Source: a virus
DNA length: 64,000 nt
Strand: one strand, 5' to 3'
IMG/VR virus record: IMGVR_UViG_3300025684_000014
Location: 59,668 to 123,667 of that record
Part shown: in pieces, positions 37,986 through 48,170 of the stretch
Layout: every line of letters starts with the position of its first letter
How positions within the stretch are numbered: position 1 is the first letter of the stretch
Notes under the pieces: model-generated
Databases searched by the model: none
What the model was told of the DNA's origin: nothing
What the model saw: only the letters and a program-made list of their open reading frames with translations
Translations under genes and position numbers: made by a program

Positions 37986-39938
37986 ATGGCAATACTTAAA
38001 AAAATCAATGGGCTTTCTTATCAACCCAGTACTACTGATCCTGATTTAGGTCAACCTGCATATTTTCAATCATATGCTAATACCACCAACTTTGCTTTAG
38101 CTGAAGATGAAACAAATTCTGTGCTTTACATTGATGGCAATGCTTATGACTCTACTAGTTTAGTTCCTTTTTTCAATAAAGAGTGCAAAGCTTTAAATCA
38201 TCTTAAAAAGAATAACTATACTTGGTACACCAACTCTGCTTTAAATACTCGTTATCCTCAAGCAATAGCTATGCACGATGATTATATCTTTACAGATAAC
38301 TCTCAGAACTCTATTTTCCCTATGATTTTAGAGCCATCTAAATTTGCAAATTTAGATAATTCTACATCTTCATCTCCTATGAAAGTATATGAGTACCAAG
38401 GTCAAACTTATACCTTCATGCTTTCTCCTGAATTCACAGGTGCAGTTACTTACAGAGGTGACGAAGAAAAAATTTCAATTATTGTTGGCCCTGACCTAGA
38501 AAACCCAGAAGCTATTATAACTTCTCCCGAACTTCTACTTGTCGCTGGTTCTTATTATGGTTCAAACCTTTCTATTTTGCATGTAGATATGGAAAATAGA
38601 ACTATTTATTGTTTGAGCACAAGAAACTATGACTCTAGAACAGGTTATGCTTATACAGAATATGTTGCTTTAAATCTTTTTGCTATTCCTTTTGGTCTTC
38701 CTGTCGATGGTAATTCTTACATTGGTGAAATAAACGCTACTAATCTTTTGATTTCCGGCGTTACTCAATTTGCTACTAATATTCCCATAAAAGAGCAAAT
38801 TGTTTATTGTGGTTTAGATTCTTACGACAATCACATTTTTTCTAGAATCAATGCTAATTCTGATCCAATTGAGTACGCTTTCTTTGTAATTAACAATTCT
38901 TCTGGTTCTGCTTCTGTTGTTAGAACAATTAACTTGACCGCTCCTGGTTACTATTTAAACGCTTTGCACTCTTATCAAAGCCAGTTTATTTATAATTCTT
39001 CTAACTCTAATTATGAATCAGTCGCCTTTACAACAAACGCTGCACAAGCATTTAATCCCTTCCTTATTCAATGGGACAAAACAGTAGACGCTTCTCTATC
39101 TACTACTACTCCTATTACTTTTACTGATATTTTAGTAGACGATGTTTCAAAAGTTAATTATGATCCTACTTCTTTATTATGGGCTTCAGGCGTAAGGGTA
39201 GCTACTCATACTAAAATTCTTTATTCAGTATTGAATAATATCGAGTATCTTACTTTACTTCCTGTATTTAGGCATGGCTATGCTGTTACTTTAGCAGAAG
39301 CTAACAATAATGCTGCTTTAAATATGCATTGTTATAAAATTAATAGAGATTCTGCAACCAATTTACCTTCTCTTGAATATATCAGTACTACTCCTACTAC
39401 TAATATCGATTACTATCTCACTTCAAACAACACTGTCATTAATAGTATTGATTCTTCAGGACTTTCTTTTTATAGCTTGACTCCTGGTGGTTGGGTCAAA
39501 ACTAATACCGAACAAGGTATTTTTACTGCTATGACTTACGATAGTTTTGGTAGGACATGGGCTCTAGAAATTGTAGGAAAACAAATTGCTCAATGGCCTA
39601 TTAAACATACTTATATTTCAGGCACAGTTGCAGACCCAGAACTTAAGCTTCATTTAATTACAAATTCTATTGCTTATTCTACTACTATTGAATTTGGCAC
39701 TACTAATCAAGAATACGCTGGCATAACTCTTAATAATACTTTAAAAGTAAATGCCTATGACAATGTAGGACAACGTATTTCTACAGATGTTATAATCAGT
39801 ATTGAAGGTTCTAATATGACTTTTACTGATGGTAGCACAAGTACTGTTACTACAACTTCTGCTATTCAAGATACTTCTATTCCTGTTTTAATTACTGGCC
39901 CTGGTTATATAAACGTTACAGCTAGCTTCGCTATTTAA
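37986..39938 (+). CDS. Putative virion/receptor-binding protein (beta-rich)
   Basis: Thr/Ser/Asn/Tyr-rich; C-terminal Ig-like segment shared with 40839..42848. Confidence 0.55.
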   Translation: MAILKKINGLSYQPSTTDPDLGQPAYFQSYANTTNFALAEDETNSVLYIDGNAYDSTSLVPFFNKECKALNHLKKNNYTWYTNSALNTRYPQAIAMHDDYIFTDNSQNSIFPMILEPSKFANLDNSTSSSPMKVYEYQGQTYTFMLSPEFTGAVTYRGDEEKISIIVGPDLENPEAIITSPELLLVAGSYYGSNLSILHVDMENRTIYCLSTRNYDSRTGYAYTEYVALNLFAIPFGLPVDGNSYIGEINATNLLISGVTQFATNIPIKEQIVYCGLDSYDNHIFSRINANSDPIEYAFFVINNSSGSASVVRTINLTAPGYYLNALHSYQSQFIYNSSNSNYESVAFTTNAAQAFNPFLIQWDKTVDASLSTTTPITFTDILVDDVSKVNYDPTSLLWASGVRVATHTKILYSVLNNIEYLTLLPVFRHGYAVTLAEANNNAALNMHCYKINRDSATNLPSLEYISTTPTTNIDYYLTSNNTVINSIDSSGLSFYSLTPGGWVKTNTEQGIFTAMTYDSFGRTWALEIVGKQIAQWPIKHTYISGTVADPELKLHLITNSIAYSTTIEFGTTNQEYAGITLNNTLKVNAYDNVGQRISTDVIISIEGSNMTFTDGSTSTVTTTSAIQDTSIPVLITGPGYINVTASFAI

Positions 39939-39949
39939 GGAGATAAAAG

Positions 39950-40654
39950 ATGGCAGAATTTCAATTTTTAGATAAAATAATAAATACAGTTTCACTTCAA
40001 GTTAAACCTAATAATAAATATAAAACTAAAACTCACAAATATCTGTCATCTTTTATCTCTACCTTAGTTCCTAATTATATTACTAAGAATAATTTTTATA
40101 ATCTTTCTTATTCTCAAGATTATAATTTTTCTAAAAACTTACTTTACACAGATTCTTCTTACACTCCTTTAACTATTTTTCTTCCAGAAAATAATTATTA
40201 TTTTTCTTCATCAAATACATTATATGTTTCTGATGGATTTGAAACTCAAATAGAATACGATTCTATTATTACTTTAAATATTCAACCAGAAAAAACTGAG
40301 GATTATGATGTTTTAGAAACATATTATAATTCTACTCAGTTTATAATATCCCAAACTATTACTTCTCTTTCTCCTTCTATTGTTACTTCTACATTCAAAT
40401 CTTCTTCTTCTACTGAAAGCACAATACTTTATACGCCAGAATCGTATCAAAATTTCCAAAATGCTTATTCAATACATAGATCTTTTATATTAGATAATCC
40501 TTTATATATACAAAACACAGAAGATACTTTAAACTTAGGTTTAGATTTAGAAACTAATTATATTGTTCAAATTGAAGATGTTGTTGCTTCTACTTATACT
40601 CCTCCAAATCCTTCTGATATTACAATTATAACTCTTAAAGAATTCTGGGCTTAA
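39950..40654 (+). CDS. Hypothetical protein in the fibre block
   Basis: 234-aa ORF with AAGGAG ribosome-binding site. Confidence 0.55.
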   Translation: MAEFQFLDKIINTVSLQVKPNNKYKTKTHKYLSSFISTLVPNYITKNNFYNLSYSQDYNFSKNLLYTDSSYTPLTIFLPENNYYFSSSNTLYVSDGFETQIEYDSIITLNIQPEKTEDYDVLETYYNSTQFIISQTITSLSPSIVTSTFKSSSSTESTILYTPESYQNFQNAYSIHRSFILDNPLYIQNTEDTLNLGLDLETNYIVQIEDVVASTYTPPNPSDITIITLKEFWA

Positions 40655-40657
40655 AAA

Positions 40658-40855
40658 ATGAAAGAATTAAAATTTTTTGGTGGCTCTCTTCATGTTTATG
40701 AAGATGAAAAACTAATCATGAAAACTAGAGGCAATCCATCTAAAGTAAACGGAGCCCCGTTTCTTTCCGAACAAGAAGCTTTAGATTGGTACAATGCCAA
40801 CTACCCTGAGCAAAAAGAAGAACTTCCGGAGAATTTAAATGAAGAAACTATTTGA
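40658..40855 (+). CDS. Small protein, possibly a fibre chaperone
   Basis: NP..VNGAPF.SEQEALDW motif; position between fibre-like genes. Confidence 0.45.
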   Translation: MKELKFFGGSLHVYEDEKLIMKTRGNPSKVNGAPFLSEQEALDWYNANYPEQKEELPENLNEETI

Positions 40856-42848
40856 TATTTTTGGTTTTAAAAGTTCTGCAGGTGGTTATTATTTTGGAAA
40901 AAATAATATTGTTGGCGCACCTTCTGAAGCAAAAATTTACGCAGCAGATCAAGCCGCTGATGCTCAATCTAATGTGAAGCAATCAGTTAATACTGTATTT
41001 CAAAACCCTTCTAATACAGTATTGATGGATTCTTCTTTTTTCCCTTCTACAGTCAAGTCTACTTTTACACCAAGATCCACCAAGCAAGATGACTGGAATA
41101 CTTATTCTCAACATATAACTCCTTATTTTCATAATAATAGTCATGACAGAGTTTTAAATAAAGAATTGAGAAATGTTGCTTCTAATAATTTCACTTTTCA
41201 AGATACTGATGGCACTTCTTATTCTATTAATGTAAAGCCTAAAGTTATTGGAAATTATTCATTTTTTGATAACGATATTACTCTTTACAAAACAGACACT
41301 CCTGAAGATCTTTTAAACTCAATTACTCAAACAATTCCTACTTATTATTATTCTACTAGATATGTAAGATCTGGTTTTGTGCATCCTTATTGGGTGGATC
41401 TTCAAAATAGACACATTTATTTTTTTGGTTATTTTAATTATTATATAAATAATAACAATTCTGTTTATTATCTAACAATAGCTATTTTAAGGTTACCTTT
41501 TACTACAGATGCAGTAGAGGGAACTGTAAGTTTAGGGACTTCTTGGGAATTTTTTCTTCCTCCTCAGTCAACCGCAGCGTGGGTTCTTGCTTATACAGAA
41601 ACTAGAAGAATATTTTTTATAGGTTTAAGTACTTCCGGAAACCCCCTTTATATGGTGGATTCAGAAAGAGACTCAGCTTCTTATAATAGCTGGTATAACG
41701 GTACACCTACAATAAATTCTGATTATTCTTTTTATGAACATGACTTAACTACTGGTTCTTTTACAGTATTGCACACTTACACAGCTTCAACAGGTTGGGG
41801 TTCAGGTAATAACTATACTTCTATTGCTAATAGAATTAAATTAAACTATAGCCCTTCTGCTTTTGAGTACACAGGTACTTCTAATATATGGGCTTCTTAT
41901 ATGCCTGTGTATAATACTTCTAATGAACTTAGTATTGTTGCTATTTTGTGGGACAAAGATTTAGATACTTTTGAAATGTCTCCTGTAACTATTACTTTTT
42001 CTAATTCAGAAACCATTAGAAATCATTTCGTAGATCAATTTGAGCAAATAGTGCCTTTTGTTTATCAATCTAATTCTATTTTAAACTTAAATAATGCTAG
42101 TATTTGCGTTGTTTCTATGGAAATAATAACTGATTCTAATAATCAGAAACATTTATCTTTGTTTTTTAAGCAAAAAGCAGAAATTGCTTCTCGTTTTATA
42201 ACTACTCCTGAGACAAAAAATCTTGCAACTTTTAGAATAGATACTCCTACTACTTTTACTCATGAGCAAACAATATTTATTGATGCTTTTGATACGCTTT
42301 TCTTAGACTCTAATTCTACAAACCTTGTTGTAGCTACACCAAACCTTGTAGAAACTTATCAATTTGACCCTGTTTCTTTTTGGCAAAAACAAGCTTCTTT
42401 TGATGGTATAGCTTACTCCCTTGCAAGAAAATCTGATAATGAATTTTATGTAACTTATTTAGATACAGAAAATCCTAATAATTTAACTTACGAAGGTTAC
42501 CCATTTTCTAAAGCAGATATTTCTGGAACGCTTTTTAAATATTCAATGTCAGATATTTCTTCTACTGCATCTCATCAAACCGCAAGTGTAAATCAATTAC
42601 ATATAATAATTGAAGAGAACCTTTCTTATACTGCTCCATCTACTCAAACTAATGTACTTGTCGCAGTAAAAGATTCTAATAATCAATTTTTATCTACAAC
42701 TTTAACTCTTTCAACTAACTCTTTAAGTGCTGTTTGGACAGATAATTCTTCAAAAGATATTACAATAACTACTCTTTCAAACGATTATTTATCTATTAAT
42801 TTAACTCTCACTTCTCCTGGTTTATTTTATATTTCAGGAAAGATGTAG
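40839..42848 (+). CDS. Putative virion/receptor-binding protein, paralog of 37986..39938
   Basis: Shared WDK, VD..NR.IY and TD.S....T...T.PG...I motifs. Confidence 0.55.
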   Translation: MKKLFDIFGFKSSAGGYYFGKNNIVGAPSEAKIYAADQAADAQSNVKQSVNTVFQNPSNTVLMDSSFFPSTVKSTFTPRSTKQDDWNTYSQHITPYFHNNSHDRVLNKELRNVASNNFTFQDTDGTSYSINVKPKVIGNYSFFDNDITLYKTDTPEDLLNSITQTIPTYYYSTRYVRSGFVHPYWVDLQNRHIYFFGYFNYYINNNNSVYYLTIAILRLPFTTDAVEGTVSLGTSWEFFLPPQSTAAWVLAYTETRRIFFIGLSTSGNPLYMVDSERDSASYNSWYNGTPTINSDYSFYEHDLTTGSFTVLHTYTASTGWGSGNNYTSIANRIKLNYSPSAFEYTGTSNIWASYMPVYNTSNELSIVAILWDKDLDTFEMSPVTITFSNSETIRNHFVDQFEQIVPFVYQSNSILNLNNASICVVSMEIITDSNNQKHLSLFFKQKAEIASRFITTPETKNLATFRIDTPTTFTHEQTIFIDAFDTLFLDSNSTNLVVATPNLVETYQFDPVSFWQKQASFDGIAYSLARKSDNEFYVTYLDTENPNNLTYEGYPFSKADISGTLFKYSMSDISSTASHQTASVNQLHIIIEENLSYTAPSTQTNVLVAVKDSNNQFLSTTLTLSTNSLSAVWTDNSSKDITITTLSNDYLSINLTLTSPGLFYISGKM

Positions 42849-42899
42849 ATTTTCTTTTCTAATATATTTTAAACTCTTCATTAAAAAGGAGGAGAAAAT

Positions 42900-43211
42900 A
42901 TGACTTTTACATATCCAATTACAATAGTTGATTCAAATATCTCTATTAATGGAGATGTTACTTCAAATACAACTACTGGTTCTTCTTCTAATAGAATGAT
43001 TACTCATGATATTAGCAATCAAATTGCTCAAGGCGACTTAGTTTTTGAATTAAATCCTCAACCAGTTTTAGAAACTTTAATTGTTTCTTTAGACGGTATT
43101 ATTTTAAAGCCTGGAGTTGACTGGTCTCTTTCAACCAATCTATTGACTTTGAATTTTGACTCAGCTATAGATCTTACTTCGACTCTTCTAGCAATTTACG
43201 AAGAGGCATAA
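42900..43211 (+). CDS. Putative virion protein (small beta-rich module)
   Basis: DISNQI...FEL.PQP...VSLDG...LLAIY. Confidence 0.55.
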   Translation: MTFTYPITIVDSNISINGDVTSNTTTGSSSNRMITHDISNQIAQGDLVFELNPQPVLETLIVSLDGIILKPGVDWSLSTNLLTLNFDSAIDLTSTLLAIYEEA

Positions 43212-43212
43212 G

Positions 43213-43581
43213 ATGGCTAGACAAACAAAGATAAAAATAGACGCTTTAGATTTACCAAAAATATTTGCTCCTGGTTTTGCTAAACGAAATGGTCTGGTTA
43301 TTACTGGTGATAACTGGCAACACTTCGTTTACAATTTTGGATCTCAAACTACAGATATAACTGAATTCAGTTTACCTGTACCAGTACCTTTAGATTTATT
43401 AGGAAATGTTAAAGTAAAAATGAATGTTAATGGTGTTCCTGTAGAAAATAGACTTATCTCTATTCATCCTAATGCTTCTAATACTTTAATTTATGATTCT
43501 TCTGATTCTAATTCTTATTCTATTGATAGTACTGATTTAGTAGAATTTTGGATTCCCGAAACAACAACAAACACTCCTTAA
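43213..43581 (+). CDS. Putative virion protein (small beta-rich module)
   Basis: FSLP...VNGV...YSIDSTDLV; similar to the C-terminus of 43609..45063. Confidence 0.5.
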   Translation: MARQTKIKIDALDLPKIFAPGFAKRNGLVITGDNWQHFVYNFGSQTTDITEFSLPVPVPLDLLGNVKVKMNVNGVPVENRLISIHPNASNTLIYDSSDSNSYSIDSTDLVEFWIPETTTNTP

Positions 43582-43608
43582 AATTTTTCTAGAAAAAGGA
43601 ATTAAAAT

Positions 43609-45063
43609 ATGGCTCAAATCCATGGAAAACAACTTAGAGGTCTTTCTATTGCAGCAGCAAAGCTAGCTAATGATGCAGTAGAGACACTTAAAATTAAAGA
43701 CGGCAATGTAACACTTGCTAAGCTTAATAGCGATGTAAAGGCTACAGATCTTACTCTTGGCGCAAGCACTCTTTCTGGTATGCTTGCTGAAGCAGCAGCA
43801 GTTATCTCTTATGTTGACTCTGCACAATCAGCTGCTCAATCTTACGCAGATAGTGTTGCTCAGGGTCTTGATGTTAAGCAGTCTGTACACCTTGCTACTA
43901 CAGATGGAGATATTGATTCTCTTTTCTCTTACTCTTCTGGTGTGCTTTCAGAGTCAACTCCTACCCAAGCTTCTTTGCTTGTTGACCAGGTTGCAGTAGC
44001 TCTTGGCGATCGCATCCTTGTCAAGAACCGTTCAACTGCTTCTGAGAATGGTATTTATACTGTTACTCAAGTAGGTGATGGTATTAGCACAGCTTGGGAA
44101 CTTACTCGTGCAACAGATTTTGATACTGATGCAGAAGTAACTGCAGGTGCTTTCTGTTTTGTAGAAGAGGGTGTTGCTAATGCAGATGCAGGTTTCGTAC
44201 TTTCTACAAATGGTCCTATTACTCTTGATACTACAGCACTTGAGTTTACTCAATTCTCTGGTGCTGGCCAAGTAACTGCAGGTGACGCTCTTACTAAAAC
44301 TGGCAATACTCTTGATGTAAACGTTGACAATCTTGCTATTGAAATTGATGGTCTCGATCGTCTTACAATTAAAGATGCTGGTGTAGACGAGAATCATCTT
44401 GCTGCTACAGTTGCTGGTGAGGGTCTTTCTGGCGGTGCAGGTTCTGCTCTTTCTCTTGATCTTAGTGAAGTTACAGCAGGTACAGTAGCTCTTGCTGACC
44501 ACTTTGCTTTTACTGATGTAAGTGCCTCTTCTGTTACTAGAAGTGCTTCTATTTCTTCAGCTCTTGATCTTGCTGCTGGTGACGGTATTGCCTCTGCTTC
44601 TGGTGTGCATAGCGTAGACCTTGCTACAATTTCTGGTCTTGAGATTGTAGGTGGCAAACTTAAGGTTGATGCTTACTCAGCCTCTACTGCTTTTTATGCT
44701 TCTATTGCTGTAACTGATAGTGGTCTTATTGCTGCTACTCAGCATGTAGATACTGCTACTGCTAGCGCAACATCTTCTGATGGCGACGCAACTGGTTACG
44801 CTATTGATAGCCAGCTCAACCCAGCTGCCGATACTCATTTCCTTGTTTTTGTAAATGGTATCGCTGTAGATCTTACTGCAGATAAGCTCGGTGATTGTTA
44901 CTTTAGTAATGATAGTGGAGCAACAGCTCTTTCTCTCACAGCAGTTCAGCCTTCAAGTACACTCCATTGGAATGGTTCTGTTGCAGGTTATCAGCTTGAT
45001 ACTGATGACCAAATCAGAGTCGCTTTCTCTGTTGTTAAGATTCCTGGTGGACTTTCAGTTTAA
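43609..45063 (+). CDS. Probable abundant head/tail fibre or decoration protein
   Basis: DVKQSV.LAT, GDRILVKN..ENGIY, LTRATDFD, FTQFSGAG; Ala/Gly/Thr-rich with strongly biased codons. Confidence 0.7.
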   Translation: MAQIHGKQLRGLSIAAAKLANDAVETLKIKDGNVTLAKLNSDVKATDLTLGASTLSGMLAEAAAVISYVDSAQSAAQSYADSVAQGLDVKQSVHLATTDGDIDSLFSYSSGVLSESTPTQASLLVDQVAVALGDRILVKNRSTASENGIYTVTQVGDGISTAWELTRATDFDTDAEVTAGAFCFVEEGVANADAGFVLSTNGPITLDTTALEFTQFSGAGQVTAGDALTKTGNTLDVNVDNLAIEIDGLDRLTIKDAGVDENHLAATVAGEGLSGGAGSALSLDLSEVTAGTVALADHFAFTDVSASSVTRSASISSALDLAAGDGIASASGVHSVDLATISGLEIVGGKLKVDAYSASTAFYASIAVTDSGLIAATQHVDTATASATSSDGDATGYAIDSQLNPAADTHFLVFVNGIAVDLTADKLGDCYFSNDSGATALSLTAVQPSSTLHWNGSVAGYQLDTDDQIRVAFSVVKIPGGLSV

Positions 45064-45098
45064 AAAAAATAATTAATTTTATTTAATATATTTTTATT

Positions 45099-45127
45099 AA
45101 AAGGGGGGCATTAGTCCCCCTTTTTTT
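45099..45127 (+). terminator. Intrinsic terminator (potentially bidirectional)
   Basis: AAAAGGGGGG-CATTAGT-CCCCC-TTTTTTT. Confidence 0.8.
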
Positions 45128-45139
45128 CATGGAGTTAAT

Positions 45140-45484
45140 ATGAAAATATCTGCTAAGCAAGTCAATTTTACCAATCACGCTTTTGTAAACCCTATTGAAT
45201 TTACAAGCAATTATTCACATACACAACAATCCCCACACGATCTTTTGTGGATTGATTCTTCTAGCGATTATACTGTTACTTTGCCTGATCCATCTACTAT
45301 TCCAAGTGGAACTATAGTAAGTTTTATTACTTTAGGAACAGGTAATTTATTAATTCAGCCTTACAATCAATCTGGTACTATAGATGGTCAATCTACTTTA
45401 ACTTTAAATAGTACTAAAGGTGTTTGCCTTGTTTTATTAGACGCTACAAATAAACTTTGGGCTGGTTTATCTCATTACGCTTAA
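45140..45484 (+). CDS. Small fibre-tip-like domain protein
   Basis: VTLP...G.IVSF...GTIDG...W; similar to the C-terminus of 33754..37488. Confidence 0.55.
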   Translation: MKISAKQVNFTNHAFVNPIEFTSNYSHTQQSPHDLLWIDSSSDYTVTLPDPSTIPSGTIVSFITLGTGNLLIQPYNQSGTIDGQSTLTLNSTKGVCLVLLDATNKLWAGLSHYA

Positions 45485-45496
45485 TGAAAGGTTTAA

Positions 45497-45610
45497 ATGA
45501 AAATTGTATCTAAAGAATATTTAGGCAAGCAACAAGTTTATGATATTGGAATTTCTTCTTATACTAATAATCATAATTTCTTTTTAAAGAATGGCCTTGT
45601 TGCTCATAAT
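45497..45610 (+). mobile_element. Split intein, C half (38 aa)
   Basis: MKIVSKEYLGKQQVYDIG...HNFFLKNGLVAHN followed by Cys+1. Confidence 0.95.
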
Positions 45611-46759
45611 TGTTTTAATAAAGCTCACTCTGTGAGCTACTCTTTTCTTACTTACATTAGTGCATATTTAAAAGCTCATCATCCTGTAGAGTTTTTTACT
45701 GCGCTCATGTCTACTAGATCAAAAACTTTACAACCAAAAAGCTGGGCTGTAAAAGCTCCTGAATATATTTCAGAAGCTAAAAAGTTTGGTGTAGAAATAC
45801 ACCCTCCTAGTATAAATAAATCTGGTTTTGAATTTACTATTCATGGCACTGAAATTTATTTTGGATTAAATGCTATCAGGGATGTAGGTCAAACAGCTGC
45901 TAAGGCTATTATAAAAGCTAGAGGCAATGTTCCTTTCAAAGATGTTAAAGATTTTTTAAACAGAATCAATATGCAAAAAGTAAATACTAAAGTTTTTGAA
46001 GCTTTAGTACATGCTGGAGCTTTTGATCAAATGGGTTATTCTAGAAATGATCTTTTAGATTTTACGTCTGAAATATATAAATATATTAAAGACGTCGAAG
46101 ATTACAAACAACGAGAAATAGATTACGTTGAAAGAGAACAACATAACGCTACTGTTATTCCTTTAATTGAGCGACGTAATTTTCTTCGCAATGAAATAAA
46201 AAAAATTAATAATAGAATTTCAAAAGATAAACAAAAAGAAGACGATATAGACAATCTTCATATTTACGAAGAAGAGTTAGAGCCTCTTGAAGAAGCAGGT
46301 TACAAAAAGCTGCCTTCTTTAAAACGACATGATGTTCCTGTCTTTCCTGAAATACAGAGAACAAAATTTGTTCCTCTTACTCTTAAACAAATTATGGATC
46401 AAGCTCAATATATTGGTTGTTATATTGGTGGACATCCATTAGATCTTATATCTATCGAAAAAGACGATTTAGATACTCTTGTCCCTGGTTTGTATGCATC
46501 TGTTGCTGGAGTCGTGCTTTCGATTAAAGAAATAAAAACTAGAGCTGGTAAGCTTATGGCTTTTATCGAAATAGACGATTCTACTCGATCAGCAGAAATA
46601 GTTGTATTTCCCTCTACATGGACTAAGATAAAAGAAATTGGCATTCAAGAAGCCGATATAATAAAAGCTAGAGTAAAAGTTGAATCAACTGATCCTGATG
46701 TAAAACTTATATTAAATAAAATAGAAAGAATTGATATAAAAAATGAAATGGACTCCTGA
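45497..46759 (+). CDS. dnaE: DNA polymerase III alpha, fragment 3 (IntC + fingers/HhH/OB)
   Basis: HN|CFNKAHSVSY, YLKAHHPVEF, PPSINKS, GLNAIRDVG, GHPL, MAFIEIDD. Confidence 0.93.
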   Translation: MKIVSKEYLGKQQVYDIGISSYTNNHNFFLKNGLVAHNCFNKAHSVSYSFLTYISAYLKAHHPVEFFTALMSTRSKTLQPKSWAVKAPEYISEAKKFGVEIHPPSINKSGFEFTIHGTEIYFGLNAIRDVGQTAAKAIIKARGNVPFKDVKDFLNRINMQKVNTKVFEALVHAGAFDQMGYSRNDLLDFTSEIYKYIKDVEDYKQREIDYVEREQHNATVIPLIERRNFLRNEIKKINNRISKDKQKEDDIDNLHIYEEELEPLEEAGYKKLPSLKRHDVPVFPEIQRTKFVPLTLKQIMDQAQYIGCYIGGHPLDLISIEKDDLDTLVPGLYASVAGVVLSIKEIKTRAGKLMAFIEIDDSTRSAEIVVFPSTWTKIKEIGIQEADIIKARVKVESTDPDVKLILNKIERIDIKNEMDS

Positions 46760-47816
46760 AGAAGAAAATTTCTTGATTAAAAATATTAAAGATTTATCTA
46801 CACAGCAAATAGCTGATAAGATTTCTTTTTTCTGCGAATCAAATACTCCTGGTTTCCCTACTTCTAGAACTGAACCTGCAGTAAGAAGAAAGATAACAAG
46901 AGATAAACTTTTAAATAAAGATAATAAAATTTCTACATATGATGATACTTGGGATTACATTGTAGATAATACCAAAAAGTACAGATCTAAATCTGTTAAA
47001 AAAGATTTAGGACTTACAACTTCTAAAGAACGTAAAATTATTTCTTTTAGTGATTTACATGTTCCATTTTTCCTTTGGGAAGATATGCAACAAGCTCTCA
47101 TTCAACATAAAGATGCTGATGTAGTCGTACTTAATGGCGATATTCTTGATGCTTATATTTTTAGTACTTTTTCTAAAAGTAAAAATATTGCTGCTTTAAA
47201 AGAATACAAGATTGCTTTTGATCTTGTGCATTATCTTTCAGATCATTTTGAACAAGTGGTTCTTGTTTCTGGCAACCACGATTACAGAACTACTCGTGCA
47301 GTAAAGACTGCTGGTTTTAATCAAGATGCTGCAGCAGTTTTTGGTGCAGATCTTTTGTTTAGAATCAGCAATGGTGAAAAGCTTAATGAACGAGCAGAGC
47401 TTGTTGAAAAACTTGATTTTGATAATGTTGCTTATCAAAGACACGATCCCTGGTATGTTCGTATTGGCTCTACTATATTTTGCCACCCAAGCGGATTTGG
47501 TTCAAAATATCCTGGCGCTACAGTTGTAAAACTGTTAGATCATTTTACAGAACGAATGCATACTGATGACTTTGATTCTATTGTTGTAGGGCATACACAT
47601 AAAGTGTATAAAGGCGTTGTATCAGGAAAACTTTTGATTGAGCAAGGTGCTATGGCACATAAACTTCCTTATCAGTTTCAACCTGATCTTCGTTTTAAAA
47701 ACGCTATGAACGGCTATGCAATTATTTATCAAGACTCAACTGGAAAAACTAATTTTAACGATTCTACCGTAATTTATTTAGGTTCACATTTACCAACAAA
47801 GAAAGGCGTACTATGA
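46743..47816 (+). CDS. Calcineurin-like metallophosphoesterase with N-terminal Myb/HTH-like segment
   Basis: SDLH, NGDILD, GNHD, GHTH; starts MKWTPEEENFL. Confidence 0.85.
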   Translation: MKWTPEEENFLIKNIKDLSTQQIADKISFFCESNTPGFPTSRTEPAVRRKITRDKLLNKDNKISTYDDTWDYIVDNTKKYRSKSVKKDLGLTTSKERKIISFSDLHVPFFLWEDMQQALIQHKDADVVVLNGDILDAYIFSTFSKSKNIAALKEYKIAFDLVHYLSDHFEQVVLVSGNHDYRTTRAVKTAGFNQDAAAVFGADLLFRISNGEKLNERAELVEKLDFDNVAYQRHDPWYVRIGSTIFCHPSGFGSKYPGATVVKLLDHFTERMHTDDFDSIVVGHTHKVYKGVVSGKLLIEQGAMAHKLPYQFQPDLRFKNAMNGYAIIYQDSTGKTNFNDSTVIYLGSHLPTKKGVL

Positions 47817-48170
47817 GTACCGATACCGAAACATTTGAAATCCCAGAAGAAATGAAAGACAAACCAGTACCATTTAACTTTTTTGTAAATGTTACTTCAG
47901 CTATTGAATCTCGAGTTGATTATAACTTCAATTCTATCATTCAAGTATCTTTACTTCTCGAATACCTTTATGAAAAGCTCGAAGAAAAAGATATTCAAAT
48001 TCCTCTTGATGAAAATTTTGCTAAGTTTGCTGAAGCCAGAATGGAAGAGATTCAGCAACAGTTCCAAGCTGCTGTTGCTGAAAAAACTGAAGAAGCAAAA
48101 GCCGATGCTGAAGAATTAGTTTCTCAACTCAATATGTCTGAAGATTCAGACGAAGAGGAAGGGTAATTAA

